Source: Ignavibacteriota bacterium
Lineage (GTDB): Bacteria > Bacteroidota > Ignavibacteria > UBA10030 > UBA6906
DNA: 64,000 nt
Assembly: GCA_963801355.1 (NCBI GenBank)
Contig: CAWDEM010000004.1
Span: 32,001-96,000 of the forward strand
Reading direction: 5' to 3'
The notes beneath the pieces are model-generated. The model saw only the letters and a list, made by a program, of their open reading frames with translations, was not told the origin of the DNA and ran no database searches. Positions 40,380 through 53,684 of this stretch are shown piece after piece. Made by a program: the position numbers and the translations under genes. Positions within the stretch are counted from its first letter, which is position 1, and each line of letters starts with the position of its first letter.

Positions 40380-41136
40380 GCGCGCTCGCAACACGGACGG
40401 TCGCCATTATTCCAGCCCGCTACGGATCCACCCGGCTTCCCGGCAAACCGCTGTTGATGATCGCCGGAAAGCCGATGATCCAGCACGTCGTGGAACGTGC
40501 CGCCCGGGCAACGCTCGTCGAACGCGTGCTGGTGGCCACCGATGATGAACGCATCGTCGATGCGGTCAGGGCCTTCGGGGGTGAGGCGGTGATGACTTCA
40601 CCCGACTGCCGCTCCGGCACCGACAGGATCGCGGAGGCCGTCAGATCACTTCCCGACGCGGATATCGTGGTGAATGTCCAGGGAGACGAACCCCTCATCC
40701 CCCCCGGCATGATCGACGCCGCCATCACACCGCTCTGGAACGATCCGATGATCCTGGTCGGCACGCTTGTCCGCCGGATCGCCAGCAACGTGGAGTTGAA
40801 TGACCCCGCCGTGCCAAAGGTGGCGCTGGACCGGAGCGGACGCTGTCTGTTCTTCACGCGGTCACCCATTCCCTACGGCCGCGATATACCGCAGGACGCA
40901 TGGCTCGACCACCACACGTATTATCGTCACATCGGCATTTATGTCTTCCGTCGCTCGTTCCTTCTCCGGTATGCATCCCTGGAGCAAACGCCGTTGGAAC
41001 GCGCGGAGCAGCTGGAACAACTCCGCATACTTGAGCACGGTTACAGCATCCACGCCGCGGTGACGGGAGAGGAAAGCATGGCTGTCGACACGCCCGCGGA
41101 CCTCGAGCGCGTACGGCATATCATGGAAGCACTGAC

Positions 41137-41140
<4 letters not shown>
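40376..41140 (+). CDS. kdsB: 3-deoxy-manno-octulosonate cytidylyltransferase
   Basis: IIPARYGSTRLPGKPL, SGTDR, NVQGDEP, LEQLR. Confidence 0.97.
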
Positions 41141-43409
<2,269 letters not shown>

Positions 43410-43418
43410 ACTTTGCCG

Positions 43419-44121
43419 ATGCCAACTATCTCTTGAATAGCAATTCTCGCCCGCCTCCGCTCACTCGCCAACCCCCGCAATGTTGCCGGCATGGCAAGGT
43501 ACGGGATCACCGGGGAGGGACGGCTGGGTATCTCTGCGCCGGAGCTCTATGCGATCGCGAAAGAGACCGGGAAGAAACCATCCACTCGCACAGGCGCTCT
43601 TTGCCACGCACATTCCCGAAGCAATGCAGGTCGCCGCGATGGTTGCGGACCCGGAACAGCTGACCGTGGAACTGGCCGATGAGTGGGCCGCGGCTTTCAA
43701 CTCGTGGGATATTTGCGATGGGGCATGTCAGAACCTCTTCGTCAAGAGTCCGCTGGCATGGACACTGGTCAAACGGTGGGCAGGCAGGGAAGAGGAGTTT
43801 GTGAAACGTGCCGCCTTCTCACTCATTGCCTATCTTGCCGTGCACGACAAAGCAGCCGGCGATCGCAAGTTCATCGCTGCGCTGAAATTGGTCCGTGGTG
43901 CCGCACAAGATGAACGCAACTACGTGAAAAAGGCAGTCAACTGGGCGCTGCGGGGGATCGGGAAACGGAACCTGACGCTGCACCGCGCCGCACTGGAGAC
44001 CGCTCGAAAGCTGCACGCATCCGCCTCGCGCAGTGCCCGCTGGATCGCTGCGGATGCAATCAGGGAACTGGAGAACCCACGGACCATTCGACGCATCAAA
44101 CCCTCCTCCACTCCCGCATAG
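43419..44121 (+). CDS. DNA alkylation repair protein (AlkD-like), frameshifted at the 5' end
   Basis: NVAGMARYGI in one frame, then FNSWDICD, EEFVKRA, DERNYVKKAVNWALR, ARWIA.DA..EL. True start uncertain. Confidence 0.85.
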
Positions 44122-44153
44122 ACCCCTTGTCCCGCATAGACCCCTTATCCCGC
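44112..44153 (+). repeat. 18-bp tandem repeat (~2.3 copies) spanning the stop codon
   Basis: TCCCGCATAGACCCCTT(G/A) x2 plus TCCCGC. Confidence 0.8.
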
Positions 44154-44248
44154 CCGGCGCCCGTGAATCCCGGTCGGGATACGTGTTTCTTTACATTCGT
44201 CCCAGGAAACAGTACATTTTTGTTGGTCATCACATCTATGGAACGGAC

Positions 44249-45856
44249 ATGATCAACCGCCGTGCGTTCCTCAAAACCGTGGCGGCAGCAGGCGCCACTG
44301 TTGCCTTCACCCCAAAAACAGCCTTCAGCGCCATTTCCCACACGATGTCGCCGGGCTTCGGCGTGCACCCGTTCGTTGAGGCGCATCCCGAAGCGGTGTT
44401 CATTCTGCGAACCGCCGTCGACGTCAAAACCAATGCATCCGCCATCAAGAGCGCAGGACTGTCATTCGGACGTTCCGTCTTTCTCCCGCAGGATGTCGCA
44501 AGCGGCGGCATTCCGCTCACGCACATGATTCCCGTCAAGCCCAACCTGACCTGCCGCGCGAGAACGCACAGCATGTACACGGTCGAGCGCTCCATGGGGA
44601 TCCAGACCGATGCGAATTTCGTGGAAGGCATCATTGAGAGCATGAAGGAGCTCGGAATTCCGGGATCGCAATTCGCCATTCGCGAGGTGAATTGTCCTGA
44701 AGATTTTGCCGACGGCGGATACTACTCGATGGCGGCACGGACCGGTGCGGACATCCGCGACCTGAGCGCACAGGTCGGCATGCTGCCGGACGAGGCCATC
44801 CAGTGGAAGGATGTCCCCTCGGGCACCTGGTTCAACAGAATTCCCTATCTCGCTCCCGTCAACGCTCCCAACAGCTGGCTGCTGAACATTGCGAAATTCA
44901 AGACGCATGGGATGGGGCTGACGCTCTGTGCGAAGAACCTTCAGGGCACGATCGCGGCCTACTATCAGCAACACTGCACCGGATACAACTCGAACATGAA
45001 CATCGCTGCCGCGGATATCCGTTCCAACGCAAAGACGGCGATCATGAACAACTACAACGCACATAAGTCGGGAATTCCCCGCTGGGACCGCCCCGAGACC
45101 AGAGGGGGTCTCTGGATGGAAACATGGGCAAGCAGATGTCTTGACAACAACAGCGTCACAACGGCGGGGCTTCACATCATCGAAGGCATTTATGGACGCG
45201 ACGGCAACTTCATGGATGGTCCCAGCGCCGAGGGGATTGCCACCGACTACATGTGCAATCTGATCATCTTCGGTAAGAACCCGTTCTACGTGGATATTAT
45301 CGGACACTATCTTGGGGGACACGAGCCGGGGAACTTCGGCCTGTTCCACCTTGCGCGGGAGAGGGGGATGATCTCCCTGCTAAACCCGATGTCCATTCCC
45401 CTGTACGAATGGCAGACCGCTCCGACGCCGGGTGCAACCCTGACGCCGCTGACAAGCTTCACCCGTTATGAGTTAAAGACGTACTATCTGCAGCGTAACT
45501 ACGACGGCGGTACGGAGCCCTACTGGCATCTGGTCAACGAGCCGTACGATTACAACGCCACCGATGTCGCCGGTGCACCCCCGGCGGTTCCTGATGCGGT
45601 GGTGTTGTGCCAGAACTTCCCCAACCCCTTTAACGCAAGCACGATGTTCCAGTTTGTGATCCCCCGTGCTGGCACGGTGCGCCTGGATATCCATGATGCG
45701 CTGGGTGCTCTCGTGGGAGTCGTGGCAGAGGGTGCGTATCCTGCCGGCACACACATGGCGGTCTGGCAGAGTAACTCTCTTGCCACGGGCATCTATTTCT
45801 ATAGACTATGGTACGAGGGTTCAACGGTGACCCGGAGGATGCTCCTGGTCCGATAG
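44249..45856 (+). CDS. DUF362-domain protein with Tat signal peptide and T9SS C-terminal domain
   Basis: MINRRAFLK twin-arginine signal; IPVKPNLTC, NIAKFKTHGMGLTLCAKNLQG, IIEGIYG (DUF362 motifs); tail QNFPNPFN...GIYFYRL...RRMLLVR. Confidence 0.85.
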   Translation: MINRRAFLKTVAAAGATVAFTPKTAFSAISHTMSPGFGVHPFVEAHPEAVFILRTAVDVKTNASAIKSAGLSFGRSVFLPQDVASGGIPLTHMIPVKPNLTCRARTHSMYTVERSMGIQTDANFVEGIIESMKELGIPGSQFAIREVNCPEDFADGGYYSMAARTGADIRDLSAQVGMLPDEAIQWKDVPSGTWFNRIPYLAPVNAPNSWLLNIAKFKTHGMGLTLCAKNLQGTIAAYYQQHCTGYNSNMNIAAADIRSNAKTAIMNNYNAHKSGIPRWDRPETRGGLWMETWASRCLDNNSVTTAGLHIIEGIYGRDGNFMDGPSAEGIATDYMCNLIIFGKNPFYVDIIGHYLGGHEPGNFGLFHLARERGMISLLNPMSIPLYEWQTAPTPGATLTPLTSFTRYELKTYYLQRNYDGGTEPYWHLVNEPYDYNATDVAGAPPAVPDAVVLCQNFPNPFNASTMFQFVIPRAGTVRLDIHDALGALVGVVAEGAYPAGTHMAVWQSNSLATGIYFYRLWYEGSTVTRRMLLVR

Positions 45857-45915
45857 GGACACTAAGGGACAGCTGGTCCTATTGAAGGTCGTATGACAAC
45901 CACTCTGAGAATACA

Positions 45916-46320
45916 ATGAGCGCTCCCGACACTCCGCGCTACGGTTCCATCATCTGGACTGACCTGACAATCCCGGATGCGGAAAAGATACGCGATTTCT
46001 ATGCAAAGGTTGCGGGGTGGACGTTCACGCCCGTATCCATGGGCAGCTATGAGGATTTCCAGATGAACGCGCCTGCCACCGGCGAAGCGGTTGCCGGCAT
46101 CTGCCATTCCCGTGGCATCAACGCCGGGCTTCCCCCGCAATGGCTTATGTATATCAGTGTGGAAAACATCGACGACTGCGTGCAGCGCTGCAAAGAACTG
46201 GGCGGCACGATCCTCGTCGAACCCCGGCCCATGGGTTCCTATGGAATGTTTTCTGTCATCAAAGACCCGGCCGGTGCTGTCGCTGCTCTGTTCTGTCCGG
46301 AAAAAACTCAGGCATCCTAA
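45916..46320 (+). CDS. VOC/glyoxalase family protein
   Basis: IIWTDLT...FYAKVAGW, WLMYISV, IKDPAGA. Confidence 0.9.
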   Translation: MSAPDTPRYGSIIWTDLTIPDAEKIRDFYAKVAGWTFTPVSMGSYEDFQMNAPATGEAVAGICHSRGINAGLPPQWLMYISVENIDDCVQRCKELGGTILVEPRPMGSYGMFSVIKDPAGAVAALFCPEKTQAS

Positions 46321-46326
46321 GGCCCT

Positions 46327-46930
46327 ATGCCAACATCAACCCCGTTACGCGATCTCGTCCTGCGCACACGTTCAGTCCGACGTTTCAAGGAGCATGTGCG
46401 TGTCCCCCTTGAAACCCTCCAAGCGCTGGTCGATCTTGCGCGGCTCGCTCCCAGCGCCGGAAACAAGCAACCGTTCAAGTACGCCCTCTCGGTTTCCCGG
46501 CGGGTCAACGCGCTCATTTTTCCCCACCTGCGGTGGGCGGCGTACCTTCAGGATTGGTCCGGCCCCGCTCGAAGGAGAACGTCCGGCGGCCTACATCGTC
46601 ATCTGCCGCGACATCACCATAAGCAACGCCCTCAATAGTGATCAGGGTTTTTCGGTGCAGAACATCGTGCTGGGCGCTACAGAACGCGGCCTGGGTTCAT
46701 GTGTCATTGCATCGTTCGTCCGCGACGAAATCCGGAAAGTCATGCAGATCCACGAAGCTCTCGACCCCATCTGGGTCATCGCACTTGGCGTTCCGGCGGA
46801 GACCATTGTTCTCGAGCCGATGGGACCCGAAGGCGACATCCGCTACTGGAGGGACGCGGCGGGTGTGCACCATGTGCCCAAGCGGTCGTTACAGGAGATA
46901 CTGCTTACCCAATTCTGGGAAGATGAATAA
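46327..46930 (+). CDS. Nitroreductase family protein (frameshift ~46570)
   Basis: TRSVRRF, ARLAPSAGNKQP, then ERPAAYI, QNIVLGATERGLGSC, HHVPKR. Confidence 0.88.
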
Positions 46931-47498
46931 CACCAGCCCCACACGCGACGTCAGTATTTCTATGACGCGCATCAACCTGCTGGCACTCCCGGTTGCCCTC
47001 CTGACGCTGCTTGTTGCAGGAACACCCTTTGTCCTCATTCACGGGTGGAACGCGGCTGCACAGAGCGCGCGTGCATTTTTGAGACCGGGAGTTGCCATTC
47101 CCGTTCTTCTGGTTGGCATCGTGCTGCACGAGCTCATCCACGGCGCAGCCTGGGCATTCTATGGCGAGAAGAAACTGACGACGATCCGTTTTGGTATCAG
47201 CTGGTCAGCGCTCGCACCGTATGCACACTGTCCGGAGCCTTTGACTGCAGGTGCCTACCGGTTGGGAGCCGCGGCACCCGGAATTCTTCTGGGCCTCATC
47301 CCGGTGGCAATCGCCACATGGATAGGGTCATCCTGGTTGTTCCCGTCGGGACTGCTGTTCACCATTGCCGCCGCGGGTGATTTCCTTATTCTCTGGATCC
47401 TCCGCGGAGTCCCTTCGTACCTCCTTGTCCAGGATCATCCGAACAGAGCCGGCTGTCTTGTCTACGAATCAACGACCGATGGGGAATCGCACACATGA
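46923..47498 (+). CDS. DUF3267 putative membrane zincin
   Basis: LHELIHG (HExxH), PYAHC, AAAGD, VQDHP. Confidence 0.85.
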   Translation: MNNTSPTRDVSISMTRINLLALPVALLTLLVAGTPFVLIHGWNAAAQSARAFLRPGVAIPVLLVGIVLHELIHGAAWAFYGEKKLTTIRFGISWSALAPYAHCPEPLTAGAYRLGAAAPGILLGLIPVAIATWIGSSWLFPSGLLFTIAAAGDFLILWILRGVPSYLLVQDHPNRAGCLVYESTTDGESHT

Positions 47499-48911
47499 GT
47501 ATCTCACTTGAATTCTGGGGCGCTGCACAAACAGTGACGGGGACCATGCATCTTGTGCGGGTCGGAGGCCGCAGCGTTCTCCTGGATTGCGGCATGTACC
47601 AGGGCCGGCGCAACGAAGCCTTCGAGCGCAACAGCACATTCCCCTTTGACCCGGCGGCAATCGATGCCGTCATCCTCTCCCATGCCCACATTGATCACAG
47701 TGGCAACCTGCCCGGCCTGGTGCGGCACGGATATGACGGACCGATTTACTGTACGGGCGCAACAAAGAGTCTCTGTGAGGTGATGCTGCGCGACAGCGCC
47801 TATATCCAGATGCGCGATGTGGAGTTCGTCAACAAACGGCATGAAAAGAAACACCTTGCCGGCTGTTCAGCCGCTCTACACGGTAGAGAACGTTGACGAC
47901 ACAATTCCCTTAATGCAGGGGATCGACTACGGACGCACGTTTGATGTCGTTGACGGCGTGCAGTGCAGATTCGAAGATGCGGGCCACATTCTGGGTGCGG
48001 CGTCTCTTTCACTGCACCTGCGCGACAACGGCACAGCAACCGGGCTCGTGTTCACCGGGGATCTGGGCCGCCCGGATCTCCCCATCCTCCGCGATCCCGT
48101 GCTCGTTGCCGACGACAAGACCGAGTACCTGATTACGGAAAGCACCTACGGCGGACGCTCCCACACTCCGGTAACGGAGATGGAAGAGCAGCTGCTCCAG
48201 CCGCTCCTGCGTGCCTATGAACGGAAAGCAAAAGTAGTCATTCCGGCGTTCAGTGTCGGACGGACACAGGAAATTGTCTACATGCTGCATAAGCTCAGCG
48301 TGGCCGGCAGGATTCCTTCCATTCCCGTGTTTGTCGACAGCCCCCTCTCCGTCAATGTCACTGCAGTATTCCGCAAGCATAAGGAGTGCTTTGACGAAGA
48401 AACACTGGCGGTACTCGATTCCCCGGAAGAGAACGACCCGTTCGGGTTTAACCGCCTGACATACGTAAAGACAGTTGAGGAATCCAAAGCGCTCAACGAC
48501 CGGTCAGGACCGTTTATAGTGATCTCCGCGTCGGGGATGTGTGAGGCCGGCCGTGTCGTGCACCATCTCGCCAATTCCATCGGCGACCCGCGCAACATGG
48601 TCATGATCGTTGGCTACCAGGCGGAGAACACGGTGGGCAAGCGGATCGTCATGAAAGAGCCCGTCGTGAATCTCTTCGGCGAGCCGCATGCGCTCCGCGC
48701 CGAGGTAGTCGTCTTGAACTCCTTCAGTTCCCACGCCGATCGGAATGAGCTTCTCTCGTACCTGCGCCGTTTTCCCCGCAAGCCGCTCAAAAAGACATTT
48801 GTCGTCCATGGAGACCCGGACCAGTGCGAGGCGTTCAAAGGAGCCCTGGAGGAGGAACGGTTCGGCCCGGTGGTCATTCCTTCACGTGGTAACCGGATAG
48901 TTCTCACGTAA
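47495..48911 (+). CDS. MBL-fold beta-CASP RNA-processing exonuclease (frameshift ~47840-47860)
   Basis: GAAQTVTG, SHAHIDHSG, AGHILG, ESTYG, FSVGRTQE, SASGMCEAGR, FSSHAD, VHG. Confidence 0.92.
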
Positions 48912-48922
48912 GCGGACCGGCA

Positions 48923-50857
48923 ATGAGCGTGTCCGTGCGGTCCCTGGCTCTCGCTTTGCTTGTTCCCTCCGCGGTGCTTCTGGCCCCGGGGCAGGAATCC
49001 CAGCGCGAGCCCGGACCGTCTGCAGCGACACCGGATTCCCTTCGCAGGGTCAATTCCGCCAGTATCCTGTTCGACCGCAATCTCAACACATTTAACTGGG
49101 TCGGCCGCCTGGTTCTGGACACCGTATTTGTACGGACCCGCTTCACCGGGAGCGCACAGCTCTTCGCAAACACTGTCCAGCCGGAAGAAGGATCCGGCAT
49201 AAGTGCCCGCTCTTCGGAAAGCACGCAGAAGAATATGGCTCTTGCTGTGCGCCACCCCTTCAGCAGCGTTACGGGGCTGGATGCCCGCTGGTCATCCTTG
49301 GTATTCTCGGATAACCGCGGTATCGGATTGAGCAATGCGGCAAGCCACGCGCTGCTCGCGGGAGTGGCGTTCTATCCGACAGCGGCGCTGAGTCTCACCC
49401 CCCTGGGCGGATACCGCTGGGATACCCAGGGGGGACTCCATGACCGCGGTCCCGCACTCGCACTCGAGACGGAACTTCGCCCGGTTGAAATTGACGGATA
49501 CCGCTTTGCGGGGACGGGCAGGCTGCGGCGCGATATGGTGGACCCGCGCGTTCTTGAGAATCACAGCGCACAACTCGGCGTGTACAAACCCTTTGGTGCA
49601 TTTTCCCGCGACAGTCTGGATCTCGGCTTTCTCCAGACACGGCGTGAATTCTACTCACGCGGCGACAGTGCCATTGAAAGCCGCACGGACCGCTCGTTCT
49701 CGCTCGCAAATCTCCTGGCGTATGAAGTTGCACGCGATGTCGTTGCCAGCATCTTTGTGAACATCGGCAGCCGTGCGCTCGACAAAGACGAGCGTACGCT
49801 GTTCGATGCGGCGTATTCCCCCACGACCTTCGGTACCCGGATCGAGGAATTCCGCTTCGATACATATATCCAGGCTGCGTTTCAGGCCGGGGACGATGCC
49901 CCCTCGGCGGTGGTGCGCCTCGGCTATTCCGAGCGGAGCGAATCGCATCGTGCAACAGCCCCGGAACAGATGCCTCCCAATATCGCCGTGCTCTTTGGCG
50001 AACGGAACAAGCAGGAACAGACCAAGGACAATCTTGCCCAGCGTGTCGCGCTCACCACCGCCCTGGCGATTCCTGTCTTTACCTCTTCCCGGTTCTTTCT
50101 CGCAGGCTCCGCGGGCATCCTCCGCTACGACACGCCCAGCGAGCTGAATTTTGAAGACCGCGACGAACTTCTCATTTCCGCCACGGTCGGACTTCAGCAT
50201 ACCTTCAGCAGGTCACTCGAAGCCCTGCTGACACTTGACGGAACCTTGAGCCATCTGGTGTACCTGCTCAAAGAGAGAAGCGCCAACAACAATTACAACC
50301 GTGTCCTGCGCCTCTCACCCCGTACCACCTGGCGTCCGGCTTCCTGGTTTTCCACCACGAATGCCTTTGAAGTGCTGGCAAATTATACGGTGTACGACTT
50401 CGAACGCCAGGTCGCACTCGTGCGCAGTTTCTCCTACAGGCAGTTTTCGTGGATTGACTCCACCCGGATGGAGTTCACGCCGAAAGTTGGACTTGACTTT
50501 TTCACCTATTTAAAGTTGTATGAACGCGGGTTGCTGAAGTGGGACGAGTTCCGGGAGCGGACCGAAAACTCCTTTGTCGACCGGACACTGGGCGTTCAAC
50601 TCCGTTTTTCGCCGGACGGGATCAGTGTCTTCGCCGTTGGTCTGCGCTACTTCAGCCAGTCCCGCTATCTCTTCAAGGAAGCCGTGAAGCAGCCCGATTC
50701 TTTTACGAGCAGTGTTGGACCGACGTGTGAGATCAGATGGGTGATCGGTCCCCATAGCCGGCTGCAGTTTAGCGGCTGGTACGAACGCCGGAGGCTGCCC
50801 GACGGCACCTTCCGGTCGCTGGCAAGCTTGACCATGCATCTCTCATTCCATCTCTAA
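48923..50857 (+). CDS. Hypothetical outer-membrane (beta-barrel-like) protein
   Basis: Signal peptide, amphipathic alternating beta-strand pattern, strand-like C-terminus. Confidence 0.6.
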   Translation: MSVSVRSLALALLVPSAVLLAPGQESQREPGPSAATPDSLRRVNSASILFDRNLNTFNWVGRLVLDTVFVRTRFTGSAQLFANTVQPEEGSGISARSSESTQKNMALAVRHPFSSVTGLDARWSSLVFSDNRGIGLSNAASHALLAGVAFYPTAALSLTPLGGYRWDTQGGLHDRGPALALETELRPVEIDGYRFAGTGRLRRDMVDPRVLENHSAQLGVYKPFGAFSRDSLDLGFLQTRREFYSRGDSAIESRTDRSFSLANLLAYEVARDVVASIFVNIGSRALDKDERTLFDAAYSPTTFGTRIEEFRFDTYIQAAFQAGDDAPSAVVRLGYSERSESHRATAPEQMPPNIAVLFGERNKQEQTKDNLAQRVALTTALAIPVFTSSRFFLAGSAGILRYDTPSELNFEDRDELLISATVGLQHTFSRSLEALLTLDGTLSHLVYLLKERSANNNYNRVLRLSPRTTWRPASWFSTTNAFEVLANYTVYDFERQVALVRSFSYRQFSWIDSTRMEFTPKVGLDFFTYLKLYERGLLKWDEFRERTENSFVDRTLGVQLRFSPDGISVFAVGLRYFSQSRYLFKEAVKQPDSFTSSVGPTCEIRWVIGPHSRLQFSGWYERRRLPDGTFRSLASLTMHLSFHL

Positions 50858-50868
50858 ACGGACAGCGT

Positions 50869-51291
50869 GTGAAATCCACCCAGACCGTTTTTCGCTTGAC
50901 CCTCCGGAGTGTCCCGCGCAGCATCCGGCGTGTAGAAAGCTATCTTACCCGGATCAACGCCACTCTTCACCTCGGTGAAATCCAGATGCACAAGGTGATG
51001 GTATCTCTCACGGAAGCGGTCAACAATGCCATCGTCCATGGAAACAAATCCGACCCGGAGAAGAAAGTGTCGATACGATGTGAAGTCCTCCCGGGATGGT
51101 TACTCTTTACGGTTGAAGACCAGGGCCGGGGCTTCCGCGTGGATCACGTGAGAAATCCCCTGAAGGAAGAAAATATCATGAAGGAAAACGGGCGGGGAAT
51201 TTTCTTGATGAGAACGCTGATGGACAAAGTGGAATTCGAACTGACGCAGAAGGGAACACAGGTCCGCCTCTGGCTCGATACAAACAAGTAG
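50869..51291 (+). CDS. Anti-sigma factor / HATPase_c Ser kinase (RsbW-like)
   Basis: EAVNNAIVHGN, DQGRGF, GRGIFLM. Confidence 0.9.
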   Translation: MKSTQTVFRLTLRSVPRSIRRVESYLTRINATLHLGEIQMHKVMVSLTEAVNNAIVHGNKSDPEKKVSIRCEVLPGWLLFTVEDQGRGFRVDHVRNPLKEENIMKENGRGIFLMRTLMDKVEFELTQKGTQVRLWLDTNK

Positions 51292-51300
51292 GAGGAAAAG

Positions 51301-51373
51301 TCCTACGGTGCACCGGCACGTTCTACAGTGCACTGGCATGCTCTACACTGCACGGGCACGTTCTAGGGTGCAC
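51301..51373. repeat. 20-bp degenerate tandem repeat (3.6 copies) overlapping a stop codon
   Basis: tcctacggtgcaccggcacg / ttctacagtgcactggcatg / ctctacactgcacgggcacg / ttctagggtgcac. Confidence 0.85.
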
Positions 51374-52082
51374 TCACACGCGCATCGGTCAACGTGAAAT
51401 CCACACCCTTTGTGCTGTCACCCGGTTCAAGAATGTACCGGGCGAACGCCGGCGGGGAATCGGAGACCTGGAAGATATAGTTTGTTCCTCCCCCGATGAA
51501 AATGCTCACCTGATAGCAGGAAAACAGAGTCTGAACGCCATTGATATTCGCCGAGACCATTCCCCCGCTCCCGGTGAAGCTTCCGTACACCGTCTCCCGC
51601 CCTGCGGAATCGAGAGACCCCACCACCCACGAGCCGCCGATCCCCTGTGAAAACGCCGCGATCCGGTCCCAGCGCCTTGGCGGAACCGGCAACCCGGTGA
51701 CGCGTGCAATTTCCGCAAGCAATCCGAACCGGTAGAGATCGCCGTCCGCGGATTGCGCCAGCATGAACTCCTGCACTGTTGCAGTTGTGTCGCGCAGGAG
51801 CACGGTACTGTCAAGCACTGTGGTGACTCCGGTGAACCCTGCAAACGTTCCACCCGTGCTCAGGATGCGCTGTGTCGCACGACTCCGCGTGGAGGGGAGG
51901 TAGTAACCGAATTCGGAGATCAGTATTGCGTCGTATTCGTATACATCCCCCGGAGCGAACGCGGGGTGGAAGGCGATCGCCCCGGGGGTCAGCGGCGGAT
52001 CGGTGCCGTCACGGCACGCAAGCGGGAGAAGCCAGAGACAGAAAAGGGCAACCCACCGGGTTGCCCTTCCAAACGGTTTCAT
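51363..52082 (-). CDS. Hypothetical lipoprotein
   Basis: MKPFGRATRWVALFCLWLLPLA-C lipobox-like sequence. ATG 52082 is just downstream of mdh. Confidence 0.65.
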   Translation of the reverse strand: MKPFGRATRWVALFCLWLLPLACRDGTDPPLTPGAIAFHPAFAPGDVYEYDAILISEFGYYLPSTRSRATQRILSTGGTFAGFTGVTTVLDSTVLLRDTTATVQEFMLAQSADGDLYRFGLLAEIARVTGLPVPPRRWDRIAAFSQGIGGSWVVGSLDSAGRETVYGSFTGSGGMVSANINGVQTLFSCYQVSIFIGGGTNYIFQVSDSPPAFARYILEPGDSTKGVDFTLTDARVSAP

Positions 52083-52090
52083 CAAACAAC

Positions 52091-53029
<939 letters not shown>

Positions 53030-53045
53030 CTATAGGTGGGACGAA

Positions 53046-53303
53046 TTACGCTTGCGGAACAATGCTGACGATATGCCGTGACTTCTTCACTTTCTTGAAG
53101 TTGACAGCACCGCCGACCGTTGCAAACAGCGTGTCATCGCTGCCGATACGGACATTCACGCCGGGTTGAAACTTCGAACCGCGCTGACGGACGATGATGC
53201 AGCCGGCCGTCACAACTTCGCCGCCGAACCGCTTTACGCCCAACCGCTGCGCATTGCTGTCCCGACCGTTACGCGAACTGCCAACACCTTTTTTGTGTGC
53301 CAT
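53046..53303 (-). CDS. rpmA: 50S ribosomal protein L27
   Basis: [16 protein letters not shown]...IIVRQRG. Confidence 0.99.
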   Translation of the reverse strand: MAHKKGVGSSRNGRDSNAQRLGVKRFGGEVVTAGCIIVRQRGSKFQPGVNVRIGSDDTLFATVGGAVNFKKVKKSRHIVSIVPQA

Positions 53304-53312
53304 GACGCACCT

Positions 53313-53624
53313 CTACTGTGTAATGCTGTTGATTTCTATTTGTGTATACCCCTGCCGGTGTCCGCGCTTCACGCGGTACCCTTTCCGGCGCTTCTTCTTG
53401 AAGACAATGACCTTGGGGCTCTTGCCGTGGTCAATGACCGTGGCTTCCACACTCGCACCGGCAACCAGGGGATGGCCGACAACCACCGTCTTGTCGTCAC
53501 TGAGGAGGAGCACGCGGTCCAGATGGATCTTCGTCCCCGGTTTCTCCTGAAGGCTCGGCACTTCTACATGGTCTTTCGGCGTGACCTTGAATTGCTTACC
53601 GGCAATTTCTACTACGGCAAACAT
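53313..53624 (-). CDS. rplU: 50S ribosomal protein L21
   Basis: MFAVVEIAGKQFKV...FKKKRRKGY...GHRQ. Confidence 0.99.
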   Translation of the reverse strand: MFAVVEIAGKQFKVTPKDHVEVPSLQEKPGTKIHLDRVLLLSDDKTVVVGHPLVAGASVEATVIDHGKSPKVIVFKKKRRKGYRVKRGHRQGYTQIEINSITQ

Positions 53625-53655
53625 CGGTGGATTCCTCGAAATGAATAGGACTAAA

Positions 53656-53684
53656 AAGGTACTAAATCCGCGTCAAAAAGTCAA
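53656..53684 (-). promoter_or_regulatory. sigma70-type promoter of rplU-rpmA
   Basis: Minus strand TTGACT-N17-TACCTT. Confidence 0.6.

Noticed and set aside
43434-43436. In-frame TGA near the AlkD-like start as selenocysteine or readthrough
   Set aside because: It is in a non-catalytic N-terminal position with no evident SECIS; better explained by a different start or an indel error
51301-51373. Possible CRISPR array (also considered for 36612-36778)
   Set aside because: No series of unique spacers, repeats are degenerate or only two copies, and there are no cas genes in the window
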